The position numbers were made by a program, and so were the translations under genes. A stretch of 64,000 nucleotides of DNA from contig DAVZIG010000001.1 in the NCBI GenBank assembly GCA_052273435.1, positions 51,812-115,811 on the forward strand, in the 5' to 3' direction. Under the pieces are notes generated by a model. It was given only the letters and a program-made list of their open reading frames with translations. It searched no databases and was not told where the DNA came from. Positions 61,038 to 64,000 of this stretch are shown here, one piece after another; position 1 is the stretch's first letter; each line of letters opens with the position of its first letter. This DNA comes from Prevotella sp. (GTDB lineage: Bacteria; Bacteroidota; Bacteroidia; Bacteroidales; Bacteroidaceae).

Positions 61038-62930
61038 ATGAAAAAATGGACAATTGATGATTCCCGCGAGCTCTACAACATCAACGGTTGGGGCACTTCA
61101 TATTTTGGTGTCAATGAGCGCGGCGACATGTATGTCACACCTTGCAAGGACAACGTGCAGATCGACCTGCGCGACGTCATGGACGAGCTTCAGCTGCGTG
61201 ATGTCACTCCGCCGGTATTGCTGCGATTCCCCGACATTCTCGACAACCGCATCGAGAAGACCTCAAGTTGCTTCAAGAAGGCAGCCGAGGAATATAAGTA
61301 CAAGGGCGAGAACTTCATCGTCTATCCTATTAAGGTAAACCAGATGCAGCCCGTTGTGGAGGAGATCATCTCCCATGGACGCAAGTTCAATCTCGGACTG
61401 GAGTGCGGCTCTAAGCCTGAGCTTCACGCTGTGATTGCCGTGCAGTGCCAGAGCGATTCCATCATCGTGTGCAACGGATATAAGGACCAAAGCTACATAG
61501 AGCTGGCTCTGCTCGCACAGAAGATGGGCAAGCGCATTTTCATCGTCGTTGAGAAGATGAACGAAATCGGACTGATTGCCTCTGCTGCCAAGAAGCTCGG
61601 TGTGCGTCCGAATATCGGCATACGCATCAAACTCGCCTCTTCCGGCTCTGGCAAATGGCAGGAGAGCGGTGGCGACGCTTCTAAGTTCGGACTCCGTGCC
61701 TCGGAGCTTCTCCAGGCTCTTGAGACTCTCGACGAGAAGGGACTGCACGACTGCGTGCGACTGATACACTTCCACATCGGTTCGCAGATAACTAAGATTC
61801 GACGCATACAGACTGCCTTGCGCGAGGCTGCCAACTTCTATATCCAGCTTCACAAGATGGGCTACAACATCGACTTTGTTGACTGTGGCGGTGGTCTTGG
61901 CGTTGATTACGATGGCACACGCTCCTCAAGCTCTGAAAGTTCTGTAAACTATTCCATACAGGAGTATGTCAACGACTGTGTGTACACCTTCGTCGATGCT
62001 GCCAACAAGAATGGCATCATCCATCCCAACCTCATCACCGAGAGTGGACGCTCGTTGTCGGCTCATCACTCTGTGCTCATCACCGACGTGCTTGAGACAA
62101 CATCGCTACCTGAAATGCCTGAGGCGTTTGAGCCTTCGGAAGGCGACCATCAGCTTGTGAAGGACCTCTATGAGATATGGGACAATCTCAACCCACGCAC
62201 AATGCTTGAGGACTGGCATGATGCCGAGCAGATACGCGACGAGGCTCTCGACCTCTTCTCGCATGGCATTGTCGACCTGCGCACACGTGCCGAGATAGAG
62301 AGCATGTACTGGAGCGTTTGCCGCGAGGTGAACAGCATGGCCAAGACATTGAAGCATACTCCCGATGAGCTGCGTGGACTGGACAAGTTGCTTGCCGACA
62401 AGTATTTCTGCAACATCTCTATATTCCAGTCGTTGCCCGACGCATGGGCCATCGACCAACTGTTCCCGATAGTGCCTATACAGCGTCTCAACGAGCGTCC
62501 CACACGCAACGCCACTCTTCAGGACATCACTTGCGACAGCGATGGCAAGATAGCCAACTTCGTGACCAACCGACAGGCTACTCACGTGCTGCCCGTTCAT
62601 CCTATCAAGAAGAATGAGGACTACTATCTCGGTGTGTTCCTTGTGGGTGCCTATCAAGAGATTCTTGGCGATATGCACAATCTCTTTGGCGACACCAATG
62701 CCGTGCACATCTCTGTGAAGGACGGAGGCTACCACATCGACCAGATATTTGATGGCGAGACCGTTGAGGAGGTGCTCGACTATGTGCAGTATAACCCCAA
62801 GAGACTTGTGCGTCAGCTTGAGATTTGGGTTACCAAGAGTGTCAAGGCGGGCAAGATTTCGCTGGAGGAAGGCAAGGAGTTCTTGAGCAACTATCGCTCG
62901 GGACTTTATGGATATACATATTTGGAGTAA
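61038..62930 (+). CDS. speA: Biosynthetic arginine decarboxylase
   Basis: YPIKVNQ (PLP Lys), GLECGSKPEL, CNGYKD, HFHIGSQ, GGGLGVDYDG, ESGR, TCDSDG and GAYQEILG..HNLFG. Confidence 0.97.
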   Translation: MKKWTIDDSRELYNINGWGTSYFGVNERGDMYVTPCKDNVQIDLRDVMDELQLRDVTPPVLLRFPDILDNRIEKTSSCFKKAAEEYKYKGENFIVYPIKVNQMQPVVEEIISHGRKFNLGLECGSKPELHAVIAVQCQSDSIIVCNGYKDQSYIELALLAQKMGKRIFIVVEKMNEIGLIASAAKKLGVRPNIGIRIKLASSGSGKWQESGGDASKFGLRASELLQALETLDEKGLHDCVRLIHFHIGSQITKIRRIQTALREAANFYIQLHKMGYNIDFVDCGGGLGVDYDGTRSSSSESSVNYSIQEYVNDCVYTFVDAANKNGIIHPNLITESGRSLSAHHSVLITDVLETTSLPEMPEAFEPSEGDHQLVKDLYEIWDNLNPRTMLEDWHDAEQIRDEALDLFSHGIVDLRTRAEIESMYWSVCREVNSMAKTLKHTPDELRGLDKLLADKYFCNISIFQSLPDAWAIDQLFPIVPIQRLNERPTRNATLQDITCDSDGKIANFVTNRQATHVLPVHPIKKNEDYYLGVFLVGAYQEILGDMHNLFGDTNAVHISVKDGGYHIDQIFDGETVEEVLDYVQYNPKRLVRQLEIWVTKSVKAGKISLEEGKEFLSNYRSGLYGYTYLE

Positions 62931-63000
62931 ACGATTGGCTCCACTCAGTAGTGTTGTGGTAGGGCGTCATGCCTTACCACACAATTATTTTTATTGAATT

Positions 63001-63765
63001 ATGAAAATTACTATAGTAAAGGTAGGGGGGGCCGTGGTCGAGGATCCGGCACATCTCACAGCTCTTCTTGAAGGATTCAAGCAGATAGAAGGGGCTAAGA
63101 TTTTGGTTCATGGTGGCGGAAGACGCGCCACTAAGGTTGCTGCCGCGCTTGGCATAGAGAGCAAGATGGTAGGGGGTAGACGCATAACTGATGCACAGAT
63201 GCTTGAGGTGGTGACTATGGTTTATGGCGGATTGGTCAACAAGAACATTGTTGCACAGTTGCAGTCGCTTGGCATTGATGCCATCGGACTCACTGGCGCC
63301 GACATGGATGTTATCCGCTCGCATAAGCGTCCGCTAAAGGACGGCATCGACTTTGGCTTTGTTGGCGACGTGGACAAAGTGAGCGCCAATCGCCTTAGGA
63401 CGCTTGTTGAGGCTGGCATGACTCCAGTTCTTGCTCCTCTTACTCATGATGGCTGTGGCACTATGCTCAACACCAATGCCGATACGATAGCTTCGGAGAC
63501 AGCCCGTGCCCTGGCCTCATTGTATGACGTTACGCTTGTATATTGTTTCGAGAAGCCTGGTGTGCTTCGCAATCCTGATGATGACGCAAGCGTAATACCC
63601 ACAATCACACGCCATGACTTCCAGCAACTCACAGCCGATGGCACAATATCAGGAGGTATGCTCCCGAAGATAGAAAACGCGCTCGCTGCCGTTGAGGATG
63701 GAGTGAAAAGGGTTGTGATAACAAAGGCTGACTGCCTTGGCGGTAGCGGCACAGTTGTGTGCTGA
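63001..63765 (+). CDS. argB: Acetylglutamate kinase
   Basis: VKVGG, VHGGG, GRRITD, GFVG, NTNAD and GGMLPK. Confidence 0.93.
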   Translation: MKITIVKVGGAVVEDPAHLTALLEGFKQIEGAKILVHGGGRRATKVAAALGIESKMVGGRRITDAQMLEVVTMVYGGLVNKNIVAQLQSLGIDAIGLTGADMDVIRSHKRPLKDGIDFGFVGDVDKVSANRLRTLVEAGMTPVLAPLTHDGCGTMLNTNADTIASETARALASLYDVTLVYCFEKPGVLRNPDDDASVIPTITRHDFQQLTADGTISGGMLPKIENALAAVEDGVKRVVITKADCLGGSGTVVC

Positions 63766-63814
63766 TGCAAGTCGAAGAAACATCTTATAGAAGGCAGAAT
63801 ACCTTATTGGTAAT

Positions 63815-63851
63815 AAAAAAACCTCACAAGTCGTGTGACTTGCGAGGTTTT
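63815..63851 (-). terminator. Terminator after the second tRNA-Asn (probably bidirectional with argB)
   Basis: Reverse complement reads aaaacctcgcaagtc-acac-gacttgtgagg followed by a T-tract. Confidence 0.8.
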
Positions 63852-63860
63852 ATAAAACTG

Positions 63861-63934
63861 CGCTTCAAGATGGACTTGAACCAACGACCCCCTGATTAAC
63901 AGTCAGGTGCTCTAACCAACTGAGCTATTGAAGC
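63861..63934 (-). tRNA. tRNA-Asn (GTT), identical to 34252-34325
   Basis: Reverse complement reads gcttcaatagctcagttggttagagcacctgactgttaatcagggggtcgttggttcaagtccatcttgaagcg. Confidence 0.97.
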
Positions 63935-64000
63935 ATTGTATTTGCAATCGCTTGTTTCTCGATTGCGGATGCAAAGGTAGTGTATTTTTTGGAAACTGCA

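Overview
A 64-kb chromosomal window from a Bacteroidales bacterium, most likely Prevotellaceae. The assignment is inferred from TAnnTTTG -7 promoter boxes, SusC/SusD/HTCS genes, the dcw gene order and a T9SS-type C-terminal tail. Most of the window is housekeeping: a DEAD-box helicase, ung, the dcw cluster rsmH-ftsL-ftsI-murE-mraY-murD-ftsW-murG-murC-ftsQ-ftsA-ftsZ (no mraZ), recO, tRNA-Glu-rpsT, gyrB, topA-aroK-speA-argB and two inverted tRNA-Asn units. The accessory or unusual parts are: (1) citX plus a citC-citG fusion directly upstream of aconitase and isocitrate dehydrogenase, with no citrate lyase structural genes or citrate synthase in the window; (2) an uncharacterised surface module of PCMD lipoprotein, beta-barrel and calycin-like protein; (3) a membrane-anchored AraC gene followed by a promoter-to-terminator unit with no real ORF; (4) an AT-rich, about 15-kb beta-1,4-galactan utilisation locus with no integrase, ending in a 5'-truncated second GH53 that abuts a MATE gene; (5) glsA/glsB-like glycine-lipid acyltransferases; (6) several intergenic repeat types, namely 11/22-bp-period arrays and heptamer-built hairpins. 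No CRISPR array, rRNA, transposase, integrase or phage gene was seen. All calls come from motif recognition by eye; no searches were run.
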